In this document: piece after piece, positions 37,969-60,739 of the stretch
Layout: each line of letters starts with the position of its first letter
Numbering within the stretch: position 1 is the stretch's first letter
Origin: Anolis carolinensis
Lineage: Eukaryota
Assembly: GCF_035594765.1 (NCBI RefSeq)
Contig: NW_026943822.1
Span: 2,446,992-2,510,991, forward strand
Length of the DNA stretch: 64,000 nucleotides
Direction of reading: 5' to 3'
Notes under the pieces: model-generated
The model's input: only the letters and a program-made list of their open reading frames with translations
What the model was told of the DNA's origin: nothing
Databases searched by the model: none
Translations under genes and position numbers: made by a program

Positions 37969-38059
37969 GGCCCCCCTCCGTCGGCACCAAGGGGCCCTGT
38001 GTGGCTGGAGTGCAGGAGCCAGGATGGCAGCAGAAGCAGCGGCAGAGGGAGGCTGAGCG

Positions 38060-38495
38060 GCTGCTAATGCAATTAGGGCCTCAGCTGGCGATTATAGAGT
38101 AAGCCCTTCTCGCCCCCGCTGCTGCCGGCGCTTGCACGCTCCCCTCCAGACCCAAGTGGGCCACCCTCAAGGAAGCTCTGAGGGATGGGCCAGCGGGGTA
38201 GAGTGGCCCTTGCCCTTCCTGTGGACCCCAAAAGCCAGAGGAGGAGAGAGCAAGGAGGCTCGGGCTCAGCTTTCCTGGCTGGGAATCATCCCCGACATTT
38301 CCAACTGGCCACTGCCCTCAAACTGTACCTCCGCTTGTGGGTTTCCATAAGCCCACCCCCCCATTGCTAATTGTACAGCAACATCTGGCCTGATGGGGTT
38401 CCTCTGGAGGGATGCTGAAACACACACACACACCCCGCCTTGATTTGGCTGGCAGATTAGAGACTAATGCCCATGGCTCTAATAGGCTTAGCAAG
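38060..38495 (-). promoter_or_regulatory. Putative promoter of the FKBP8-like gene with a homeodomain motif cluster (CAATTAG x2, TAAGCC x3, CTAATC) and a TATA-like TATAAT
   Basis: CAATTAG 38070-38076, CTAATTG 38367-38373, TAAGCC 38100-38105 and 38348-38353, GGCTTA 38485-38490, AGATTAG 38454-38460. Confidence 0.5.
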
Positions 38496-40374
38496 AGGGG
38501 CACGTGGCCAGTTAGCCTGGGCTGGCATGGGGCTGAGGAGGGGGGCAGAGCGGGCCTCTAGGGCCCCTTCCCCTCGTGGCAACTGGGCAGATGCCGGTGA
38601 CTGCCGAAAAAGCTCTGCCCTGCCTGCCTGCGGGAAAAAAACCCTCTTGGCAAGAGGAAACCAAGCAGAAGAGCCCCAGGGATTCAAAAATCAGAACAGT
38701 AAATAAGAAGCAACACTTAGGAACTAGGGGCAGCTAACAAAGGATGCTCCCAGGCAGAAAGTAGCCAGTAGATGAAGCCATTCAATGCAAATTAGGGTGA
38801 TTAACTGCAACATTCACACTGGCCTCCAACTGACAAGAGTTCTTCCCCGAACCTGGACTTCCCACAGATATATATAAACCTTATTTATTTACTTACAGTA
38901 TTTATATTCCGCCCTTCTTTCTCACCCCGAAGGGGACTCAGAGCGGATCACATTATACATACATAGGGCAAACATTCAATGCCCATAAACACATCAAACA
39001 GAGACTGAGACAGACAGACGCAGAGGCAATTTAACCTTCTCCTGAGGGGATGTTCAATTCTGGCCACAGGGGGGAGCAGCTGCTTCATCATCCACTCTGA
39101 CGGCACTTCCTCATTCCAGGTTGTAAATTAGTTAACCTTGCCTCCCCACTTTTTTTTAATAAGTGGTACCTTATTTCCTACTTGATAGATGCAACTATCT
39201 TTCGGGTTGCTAGGTCAGCAATGAGCAGGGGCTATTTTTTATTTTTAATTGACAGGTGCTCACCCCGCCACGGGCTGGCCTCGAACTCATGACCTCATGG
39301 TCAGAGTGATTTATTGCAGCTGCTCAACAGCCTGCGCCACAGCCCGGCTTCCTTGCTTAGTTTCTCCATACCTCACAATCTCTGAGGAAGCCTGCCATAG
39401 ATGTGGGCGGAACGTCAGGAGAGAATACTTTTAAATCATAGCCATACAGCCCGGAAAACATACAACAACCAAGCCCCAGGGAGCCTGGTTCGGGAGATCA
39501 GTCCCAGGCCCAGGGGAGAGTCCGGGGCTAAAAGGGAAGCCTGCACCCGGGCCCCATAGGCTTTGGGCTCCATCCATCCTTGAAAAGGGGCCAACACATT
39601 TTTGAATCAGGTCAAAAGATTCCCCCGGCCTCTGAAGGGACAAGACAACCAGCCATCCTGGCGCCAGGTGGAAAAGGCAAAGGTGTCTGCCCTTGGAATC
39701 AGGCAAAGGGAGGGTGCCAATACAACTCAGCATGGAAGTCGTGGGAGGGTGGTGAGCCAGCCTATTTCAATGCAGGATGATGGGAAGGAGAAGGGCAGGA
39801 GAACACTCTTCCCCCAACCCTTCCAGCCTCTGCTGCTCCGTAACCAACTCTTCCGCAAAATCTCATCTCCCAAACTAAGCACATGCGAAGTGTGGGTGAC
39901 AATGAAATCCTCCCTTCCTGAAACAGGGCTGGAGCAAAACACCAGGAAAGGGGCACACAGCAGCCCCAGCTTCCGATGCCCCACCAAGGGCCTCAGGGCA
40001 CCCCTCCCAGAGAACCTCCTAGGTAAGAGCGGGCACAGCAGCATCACACAAAAGCAGGTAAGTGGGGGCCTAAAGGGGTATTTTATTGATCCTCTCCTCA
40101 AAATGTACAAAAAATTAGAAAACAAGCCCCCCACCCTCCCACAAACATTAACCAGTCCAGGGCACCCACAGCGAGCGCGGTGGCCAAGAGGCGAGGAGGC
40201 ATGGCCAAGTGGTGGTGCCCTTGGCCCGGCCCTCCTCGGCCGCTCCCGCTTCACTTTCAAGGACGGAGGTTGCGATGGCGGGACAAAGGGACCGGCCTCC
40301 GCGCTCAGGGGCCACTGGGCTCCTCCGCAGGCAAAGTGACAGTCGAGGCAAGCCCCCCTTCCTCCTCCTCCTCC

Positions 40375-50445
<10,071 letters not shown>

Positions 50446-53213
50446 GGACACCCGGAGACGGAGAGGACGCGCGAGGCGGAGGGAGAGGCGGCGGCGGCGG
50501 CTTTCGCTTTCTGTGGCGCTCGCTCGCCGCAGCGGGAAGCTAAAAGAGCGGCCGGAAGTCCTGCCCCCTCCGGAAGAGAGGCCGGATCTGCAGTGTGGCA
50601 GGCGCTCATTGGCCGGCGCCTGAGGACTCGCGACCAATCGGGGAGTCCCGCGACGGGTGGGGGCGGGGCCTCGCCTTGTCGCCAAGGCGACGCCTAGAGC
50701 AGCGCTCTTCCCAGAAGCGCGGCCCCGCCCTCCTCCTGCTATCAGAGGATCCGGGAGTTGGAAAGGATCTCGCGAGACCATCCTGCCCCACCCACTTCTG
50801 CCACTGTCAGAGCCCTCCCTGCAGATAGCCATCCAGACTCTGCTTAAATATGTCAGGATGGACTTACATTGCCATATAATAATAATCATCATCATCATCT
50901 ATCTATATATATATATAAAAGAGTGATGGCATCAGGGCAGCGGACAAAACAACAAAACTACAGGCCCCCCCCAACCTCGAAATTTGACAACACAACCCAT
51001 CATTCACGGCTCTAGGTTGATACAACAAAAAGAAAAGAAAAATAAAGTCCTAATTACAGGGAAAGGAATAATAGTTTTTATCCAATTGCTGCCAGTTAGA
51101 AGGCTAAGTTCCGCCCACTTAGTCTCCTAGCAACCCACTCAGCCCAGGGCACAGGCAGTTAGGCCTCACTTAGGCCTCTTCCACAGATTATCAGATTTTA
51201 ACTGGATTATATGGCAGTGTAGACTCAAGGCCCTTCCACATCTATATAACCCATTTAGAATCTTATATTATCTGCTTTGAACTGGATTATCTTGACTCCA
51301 CACTGCCATATTATCCACTTCAGTGTGCATACTAAACATAAAGACAGCCATACAACAGACATTCAATACCATCACTAGCTCAACAATTTCTCACCAGCAC
51401 CACCAGACAATGCCACAGCAATGCGTGGCCGGGCACAGCTAGTATATATATATATATAAAAGAGTGATGGCATCATGGCGACCCACAAAACAACAAAACT
51501 ACAGGCCCCCCAACCTCGAAATTTGACGACACAACCCGTCATCCACGGCTCTAGGTTGATACAACAAAAAGAAAAGAAAAATCAAGTCCTAATTAGAGAG
51601 AGAGGAATAATTGCTTTTATCCAATTGCTGCCAGTTAGAAGGCTAAGCTCCTCCAACTTGGTCTCCTAGCAACCCAATAAAAATAATAAAAAACACTAAA
51701 AATTAATACAATAAAATACTATCATAACAGAAAATAACTAAAAATAATACAAGAAAATAATAAAATATAATAAAAATATAACGTACAATAAAATTAATAA
51801 AAAATTGCAAATAACGTGCAAATAATGTCAAATAAAAATTACACAACCATTTTTAACCAATACCACCACCACTTTGCCACAGCAATGCGTGGCCGGGCAC
51901 AGCTAGTATAAATATAAAAGCATAAAAAACCTAAAATGATTAAGGGTCTGGAGAACAAGCCCTATGAGGAGCGGCTTAAAGAGCTGGGCATGTTTAGCCT
52001 GCAGAAGAGAAGGCTGAGAGGAGACATGATAGCCATGTACAAATACGTGAAGGGAAGTCAAAGGGAGGAGGGAGCAAGCTTGTTTTCTGCTGCCCTGCAG
52101 ACTAGGACACAATGGAACAAGGGCTTCAAACTACAGGGAAGGAGATTCCACCTGAACATCAGGAAGAACTTCCTCACTGTGAGAAGGGCTGTTCGGCAGT
52201 GGAACTCTCTCCCCGGGGCCGTGGTGGAGGCTCCTTCTTTGGAGGCTTTTAAGCAGAGGCTGGATGGCCATCTGTCGGGGGTGCTTTGAATGCGATTTCC
52301 TGCTTCTTGGCAGGGGGTTGGACTGGATGGCCCATGTGGTCTCTTCCAACTCTACTATTCTATGATTCTATGATCTATATGGCACTTTATCACTGCTACT
52401 TATTTCCATGATACAGCACTTTATGAAACCTGTCCCCACTGGGTTGGTTTTAATTACTCTGATTTTATCTGCTTGGATTTTAATGTAGTTGTCCATTATT
52501 TTATTTTGTGTATTGTTGGAATATTTTAAGTTTATGTTTAATATGTTGTTGTTGTTTGGGCTTGTCCCTGTTGTGAGCCCTTCGGGGAGATGGGGCGGGA
52601 TATAAAAATAAAGTTTATTTATTATTTATTTAAACTCTGGCAGAAACCAGCGCGGGTGGTCCCGGTGGTGACCGGCACATTGGGTGCCGTACCAAAAGCT
52701 CTCAGCCGGCATTTGGAAACAATAGACATTGACAAAATCACGATCTGCCAACTGCAAAAGGCCACCCTGCTGGGATCTGCACGCATCATCCAAAAATACA
52801 TCACACAGTCCTAGACACTTGGAAGTGTTCGACTTGTGATTTTGTGATACGAAATCCAGCATATTTATTTTGTTTGCTGTGTCATAATAAAATAATAACA
52901 ACAACTCTTACAAGTAAAACAAGCAGTCAAAGAAGAAGAAAATTCCCTGGCAGAATATGTAAAGCAAAGTGAAGAACCTGCTTTGATTGAAGTCAAAAAT
53001 CAGAAACTCCTCAAAGCACAGCAGACAAAAAACCAGTATAAGAAAACCGCAGTACAAACTAGAGCTGACAGTTGGCACAACAAAACATTGCATGGAAAAT
53101 TCCTTGACAAAATTGAATGAAAAGTTGATAAGACCTGGCTCCGGCTCACGAATGGGACCCTGAAGAAGGAGACACAAGGCCTGATCCTTGCAGCCCAGTT
53201 TGCTGTGTCATAC

Positions 53214-53247
<34 letters not shown>

Positions 53248-55672
53248 CACAAGCACAACAAATAAACACACCAAAACGTATCTCTATGACATACATATGG
53301 AAACACACCAAACGGAGATTAAACAAAATCCTTAAAATTCATTTTTAAAAACTGTCTGGGTAGGCTTGGTTTTTAAATTCCGACAGCTCATGTAGCTGTC
53401 GGAGTTCTTTCAGCAGTTCGTTCTACAGTTGTGGGGCGGCCGATAAAAAAGTCCTCTGGATGGTGGTTGCAAGTCACATTATCTGCTTTATAATAAAAAT
53501 ATAATAATATTAAATAATTCAATATATTTTACTAATACTGTATATATTTAATAAATAATATATTAAATAGTAATCCATATTATCTGTTTTGAACTGTATT
53601 ATACTGCCCAAACTATAATCCAGTTCAGATAATCAGGCAGTGTAGATGGGGCCTGGATTGCACCACCTGCCTTTAGTCTTGCGCTGCTTTCCCCAGAGTC
53701 AGATACCAAAAGGGACAGCGGTTTTGGTGAAGTGGAGGCTCAGAATGACTGGATCCTTGGACTGATTGATTGTATTGTTTTCAAAGCCATTATGGGATGG
53801 GCAGTGGCTCCAATGGTCAGAAGGTCAAGGGAGGCCACAATGCATTATCAGGGACCAAGGTCCAAGGAAGGCTCCTTGTCCGCCGCAGCGCATGATGCAG
53901 TGTCGCAAGAGCCAATGGAACCAGGAAAGAAAGGGCCAAAATCTATCTTGTTTACTCAAAGCTAACACTCACATTTTTTTCTTGGCTAAGTGGCCTGGCC
54001 AAAATTAAGGGCCACATTAGATTTGCATCATATAGCTATCTTTCAAAAAGGTAAAGGTTTCCCCTGATGTTAAGTCCAGTCTTGACCGACTCTGGGGGTT
54101 GGTGCTCATCTCCATTTCTAAGCCAAAGAGCCGGCATTGTCCATAGACACCTCCAAGGTCATGTGGCCACTGGCATGACTGCATGGAGTGCCGTTACCTT
54201 CCCGCCGGAGCGGTACCTATTGATCTACTTACATTGGCATGTTTTCGAACTGCTAGGTTGGCAGAAGCTGGAGCTAACAGTGGGCACTCATTCCGCTCCC
54301 GGGATTTGAACCTGGGACCTTTTGGTCCACAAGTTCAGCAGCTCAACGCTTTAACACACTGTGCCACCAGGGCATAGTTATCTTAGACCACATAAAATCC
54401 AGATTATGTGTTTTGATCTGGGTTATATGGCAGTGTAGAAGGAGCCATAGTGCTGAACCAAAACCAAAAAGGAAGCTGCTTCAGGAAATACACCTAGAGT
54501 TCCTCTTTGAGGGACCTCATTCTAATTTAATGCTGTGTGATTCTGGCATTTGTAGTTTGGTGAGGCATCTGCACTCTTTGGCAGAGAAGGTTCAAGGCCT
54601 TGTCAAACAACATCCTCCCATGACTCCATAGCATTGAACCAAGGCGATTCAAGTGGATTCAGGATAGATCTACACTGCCTTCTATCCCAGGATCTGATCC
54701 CAGATCATCTTATCCCAGATTATCTGGCCGTGGTGATTCAGGGCCCTTCCACACAGCCATATATCCCGGAATATCAAGACAGAAAATACCACAATATTGG
54801 CTTTGATCTGGGTTATTTGCTCTAGCTGTGTGGCTATGGGTTTTGTCTTTACTAGAAAGAATACACCTACATGTATGGTGGCTAAAGATAAGTCATTATT
54901 GTTTGGAATGCAAGAACCTAGCCCTGGTGCCCATGCATATAGGGCCTAAGCTAAAACATACAAAATACAATATATAATATAACACACATATAATATTGAT
55001 AATGTTATAACGTAATACAATACAATACTAATAATTATATATTAATTATATTTATATTACATGTAATATTACTAATATTACAATATAGTAATATATAATG
55101 CTAATATTGTGCTATGCTAATATAATGTATGTACATAAAATTTGTAAGCCACTCTGAGTCCCCTTCGGGGTGAGAAGGCCAGGATATAAATGTAGTAAAT
55201 AAACATCATAAATTACCTTTCCCAAATTCCAGAGCCCACCTCCTTGCACCTCAGAGCAATTGAATTTTATGACCATTTCCTATGAACTTGCAGCATCGGG
55301 TTATCCTTTTTGGCCAAAGGCCATGTGTTCTATGTCAGGGCTGATAGTTGGATGGCATGAGAGAGAGAGAGAGAGATGATGACAGTTATCTGAGTCCACA
55401 CTGCCATATATCCCAGTTCAAAGCAGATAATCTGGGATCAGATCCTGGGATAGAGGGTAGTATAGGCTTTGGTCTACAAAAGGCATGGGCAAAGTTTGGC
55501 CCTCCAAGTGTTTTGGACTTCAACTCCCACAATTGTGGGAGTTGAAGTCCAAAACACCTGGAGGGCTGAAGTTTGCCCATGCCTGGTCTACCTCATAAAT
55601 GCACCCCAAGATTTTATTTTCCACTGTGTAACAAAGAGGGCCCTTTTTGTGCATGACATTCACCAGCAAATA

Positions 55673-56527
55673 CTGTATATACTCGAGTATAAGCCTAGTT
55701 TTTCAGCCCTTTTTTTAAGACTGAAAAAGCCCCCCTCAGCTTATACTCGGGTGAGGGTCCTGCTTGGCTTATATTTGGGTCAGCTTATACTTGAGAATGT
55801 ATGGTACATTTATTATGTTTTTCTATTATTATTGGTATTATTACATTTATTATTTTTCTCTATTATTACATGTGTTATTTTCCAGTATTTATTATTATTA
55901 TTACATGTATTATTTTACTCTATTATTATTAAAAGGATACATAAACACATTTACACTGAAAAAGATGAGAATAATGATTTGATCAGAGTTGGACAGTCTT
56001 ATTGTAAATTTGAGCTTTATGTAAATATTCAAAAACATTAACCTACTGATGCCTCAATTAATGTAATTTATTGGTACAGTAGAGTCTCACTTATCCAACA
56101 TTTGCTTATCCAACGTTCTGGATTATCCAATGCATTTTTGGAGTCAATGTTTTCAATATATCGTGATATTTTGGTGCTAAATTCATAAATACAGTAATTA
56201 CTACATAGCATTATTGCGTATAGAACTACTTTTTCTGCCAAATTTGTTGTATAACATGATGTTTTGGTGCTTCATTTGTAAAATCATAACCTAATTTGAT
56301 GTTTAATAGACTTTTCCTTAACCCCTTCTTATTATCCAACATATTTGCTTATCCAACATTCTGCCAGCCCATTTGTGTTGGATAAGTGAGACTCTACTGT
56401 ATCTATTTTTATTTCTGAAATTTACCACCCTCGGCTTATACTGGACTCAATGTTTTCCCAGTTTTTGGGTGGTAAAATTAGGTGCCTTGGCTTATATTCG
56501 GGTCGGCTTATGCTCGAGTATATACGG
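55673..56527. mobile_element. pogo/Tc2-like MITE with a nested mariner MITE (56077-56399)
   Basis: TA|CTGTATATACTCGAGTATAAGCC ... GGCTTATGCTCGAGTATATACGG|TA. Confidence 0.8.
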
Positions 56528-56672
56528 TACTTTCGGGGTTTTAAAACCGAGGTATGCATTAGATTCGATGTTGCATGAGGCTTGAGTCAATACGGTGTTT
56601 ATTAAAAGCTTGGCTCTGAATAAAAACAGGGAGGCCAGCCCCCCCGCCCCCAAAGTTTGGCCACAAGAAGCC

Positions 56673-59494
56673 TCAGCCCAGGAGGCGCAAGGCGGCCATG
56701 GCGGAGAAGCCCAGCAGCAGGGCCAGGACTCTGGGCAGCCGTCCGGGGGCCATGGAAGGGGAGTGCAGCTCCTGGGGAAGGACCTCCAGGAAGGTGATGT
56801 AGAGGAAGGTCCCTGCAGCCACGCCTTGGAGGACGCTGCGCACCCCGCTCTCGGGGGACGGGGAAGAGGGGTCCTGGAGGGTGAGAACAAGGCCCAGGCC
56901 CAAGCCCAGCGGGGAGGCCAGGGCGAAGGCCGTCAAGGCAACCAAGGCCCAGCGCAGGGGCAGCCGGCTCTGCGCCAAGAGCAGCAAGGACAGGCTGAGC
57001 GCCATGGCCGCCTTGTGCAGCAGGACGGCCCCCGCCAGGCGCAGCAGCCTGGCCGCCGACTCCTGCAGCCCCAGCGCCAGGCCCTCGAAGGTCGAGTGCA
57101 GGCACAGAGAGAGGGTCAGCACCAGCGCACGGAACGGGGAGGACGATGAAAGGGGCACGTCGGACTCAGGGTCCGATAAGAGTGGCTCAGAGGCTGCATC
57201 GGGGCCCGGACCCCCCTCGCTGCAGTCTAGCAGGACGTGCTCCACCACCAACACCAGCAGGAAGCCCAGCGCCAGGATCAGCTCCGGAAGAGGGAAGTCT
57301 GGCTGCAGAAAGGAAAGAAGGAAGGGCATCAGGCCATGCTGGGAGACTCAGCCCACAGCGTCCAAGTTGTGGCTCTTCCCAATAGGCTTCTCATTATTAT
57401 TATTACTAGCTGTGCCCGACCACATGTTGCTGTGGCAAAGTGTGGTGGTGTGGGAAATAAAGTACAGTAGAGTCTCACTTATCCAGCATTCGCTTATCCA
57501 AGACATTTTTGTAGTCAATGTTTTCAATACATCATGATATTTTGGTGCTAAATTCGTAAATACAGTTATTACTACATAGCATTAATGTGTAATGATCTTT
57601 TTCTGTCAAATTTGTTGTATAACATGATGTTTTGGTGCTTCATTTGTAAAATCATAACTTAATTTGACGTTTAATAGGCTTTTCCTTAATCCCTCCTTAA
57701 TCCAATGTTCTGCCGGCCCGTTTATGTTGGATAAGTGAGACTCTACTGTATATATACATACAATAAAAGATAAAGGTTTCCCCTGACGTTAAGTCCAGTC
57801 GTGTCTGACTCTGGGGGTTGGTGCTCATCTCCATTTCTAAGTCAAAGTGCCGGCGTTGTCCATAGACACCTCCAAGGTCATGTGGCCACTGGCATGACTG
57901 CATGGAGCGCCGTTACCTTCCTGCCGGAGCGGTACCTATTGATCTACTCACATTTGCATGTTTTCAAACTGCTAGGTTGGCAGGAGCTGGGGCTAACAGC
58001 GGGCGCTCATTCCGCTCCCGGGATTTGAACCTGGGACCTTTCGGTCTGCAAGTTCAGCAGCTGAGCGTTTTAACACACTGCGCCACCACATACATGCTAT
58101 ATATATAAAAGGGTAATGAAATTTCGGCCTAGGACAAAACAACAAAACTACACATCCCAGAAACACTAAAGTTGGCAGCACAACCCCTCATCCATGCCTC
58201 TACGTTCATACAACAAAAAGCTCCAGCTACTCCAGAAAACGGCCAGGCTTTGAGATTGCAAAGCTATTCTCTGCTATTCCACCTGGCCAACAAAGGATTC
58301 CCATAAGCCACAGCAACGTGTGGCCAGGCACAGCTTGTATATTATATTAAATGACTATATTGCAATATTATTAGTAATATTGCATGTAATATAAATATTC
58401 AATTATAATAGTGAATTACAGTAGAGTCTCACTTATCCAAGCTAAACGGGCCAGCAGAACGTTGGATAAGCGAATATGTTGGATAATAAGGAGGGATTAA
58501 GGAAAAGCCTATTAAACATCAAATTAGGTTATGATTTTAAAAATTAAGCACCGAAACATGTTATACAACAAATTCAACAGAAAAAGTAGTTCAATACGCA
58601 GCAATGTTATGTTGTAACTACTGTATTTACGAATTTAGCACCAAAATATCACAATGTATTGAAAACATTGACCACAAAATGGGTTGGATAATCCAGAACA
58701 TTGGATAAGCAAGTGTTGGATAAGTGAGACTCTACTGTATATATTATAATATTATAAATTATTGAAAATTATATTTTATATATATGTATATTTATTTATT
58801 TGCAACCTTTATATCCCGCCCTTTTCACCCCGAAGGGGACTCAGGGTGGTTTACAAGTATATATACATACAATTTATTGTATTAAATGACTATATTGCAC
58901 TATTATTAGCAATATTGCATGTAATATAAATATATAATTATAGTGAATTATAATTATTATTACATCATAATATAATATAGTATGCACACACACACACACA
59001 CACATATATATATACACACATATACACATATATACATATATGTATATATAATTAGCAAAGCATGTTACTGGTGGGAGGGGCCTTCAGTTGGAGCAAGGAG
59101 ATGCGGGCGAAACATGATGAGATGCGGGCGAAACGTCAGGAGAGAATGCTTCTGGAACATGTTCACAGGAAAGTCCCCTTCCCAAGCAGGGAGAGATCAT
59201 TACGAGATGGTGCTCCTGTGGTTTGCCCGCCTTTCTTACCGAGAGGCGCGGGGTCTGGAGGCGGAGGTCTTCGAGGGAGTCCGGCACGATGTCCAGGAGG
59301 CAGGCGGCCAGGAAGACCCCTCCGGCGGCGCAGCTGAGCAGGCCCCGGATCCCCGCCCCGGCGCTTGGGGAGGCTTGGAGGCGGCGGCGGAGGAGGATTG
59401 CGGCCGGGAGGATCCCGCAGAGCAGCGGGACGAGGGCCAGCGCCACCAGGCAGCCCGCCTTGAGGCCCAGCAGCGGCGGAGCGACCCCCGCCAT
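56673..59494 (-). CDS. SLC39A/ZIP subfamily II zinc transporter (ZIP1-like), 294 aa; exons 59494-59240 and 57302-56673
   Basis: LSCAAGGVFLAACLLD, FPLPELILALGFLLVLVVEH, TM4 LSLCLHSTFEGLALG, TM5 LLHK, and QGVAAGTFLYITFLEVLPQEL. Phase-0 GT-AG intron. AATAAA on minus at 56598-56603. Confidence 0.9.
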
Positions 59495-59573
59495 CGACCC
59501 CTCCCCGTCCCTTCCCGCCGGCAACAACAACACTGCGGAAGCCCCGCCCGCCCCGCCGCGTTTCAAGCCTGGC

Positions 59574-60322
59574 GCCACGTGACTCCTGCCGGGCTCCCAT
59601 TGGGCGGCAGTGCGAGGGGGCGTGGCTTCCCCGGCAGATTCTGCTTCACTGCTGATCCTGACTCAGAGGCGGCAGGGGCATCACGTGACCCAGCGGGGCT
59701 CCCATTGGGCCGCTGTCTGAGAGGCGGGGCCTTCTAGGTTTGGGGGCGGGGCTTGCAAGCGGACTCTGCCCGGCGGATGACCCTGAGTCAGAGGCGGCAG
59801 GGGCAGCGCCTTCCGCGTCACGTGACCCAGCGGGGCTCCCATTGGGCCGCTGTCTGAGAGGCGGGGCCTTCTAGGTTTGGGGGCGGGGCTTGCAAGCGGA
59901 CTCTGCCCGGCGGATGACCCTGAGTCTGAGGCGGCAGGGGCAGCGCCTTCCGCGTCACGTGACCCAGCGGGGCTCCCATTGGGCCGCTGTCTGAGAGGCG
60001 GGGCCTTCTAGGTTTGGGGGCGGGGCTTGCAAGCGGACTCTGCCCGGCGGATGACCCTGAGTCAGAGGCGGCAGGGGCAGCGCCTTCCGCGTCACGTGAC
60101 CCAGCGGGGCTCCCATTGGGCCGCTGTCTGAGAGGCGGGGCCTTCTAGGTTTGGGGGCGGGGCTTGCAAGCGGACTCTGCCCGGCGGATGACCCTGAGTC
60201 AGAGGCGGCAGGGGCAGCGCCTTCCGCGTCACGTGACCCAGCGGGGCTCCCATTGGGCTGCTGTCCGAGAGGCGGGGCTTCTAGGATTGGGGGCGGGGCT
60301 TGCAACCGGACTCTGAGTCAAA
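59574..60322. repeat. 137-bp GC-rich tandem repeat (4 full units plus partial/degenerate units) forming the ZIP gene promoter
   Basis: TCACGTGAC recurs at 59681, 59818, 59955, 60092 and 60229 (period 137). A degenerate unit starts near 59575. Confidence 0.95.
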
Positions 60323-60739
60323 GACTCAAGGCGCCTGGCAGCTTCCTCTTTCTGAAGGGGCTTCTGCGGCCTCGTGACCTTCAGGCTGGTCGAGGTCAGC
60401 ATAATAATAATTTATTTATTTACAGTACAGTAGAGTCTCATTTATCCAACGTTCTGGATTATCCAACGCATTTTTGTAGTCAATGTTTTCAATACATCAT
60501 GATATTTCGGTGCTAAATTCGTAAATATAGTAATTACTACATAGCATTACTTCGTATTGAACTACTTTTTCTGTCAAATTTGTTGTATAACATGATGTTT
60601 TGGCGCTTAATTTGTAAAATCATAACCTAATATGATGTTTAATAGGCTTTTCCTTAATCCCTCCGTATTATCCAACATATTCGCTTATCTAACGTTCTTC
60701 CGGCCCGTTTATGTTGGATAACTGAGACTCTACTGTATT

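Noticed and set aside
39602-40339. 245-aa and 177-aa ORFs downstream of PDIA3
   Set aside because: They overlap the PDIA3 3' UTR and flank, and show no recognisable domain or exon structure.
50446-50898. Long N-terminal extension of PDIA3 (282-aa ORF)
   Set aside because: This is a chance open frame through the CpG island and a microsatellite; the signal peptide begins at 50445.
56595-57537. Long plus-strand ORFs opposite the ZIP gene (similar shadows occur over MFAP1, SERINC4 and the FKBP-like exons)
   Set aside because: They are antisense shadows of GC3-rich coding exons.
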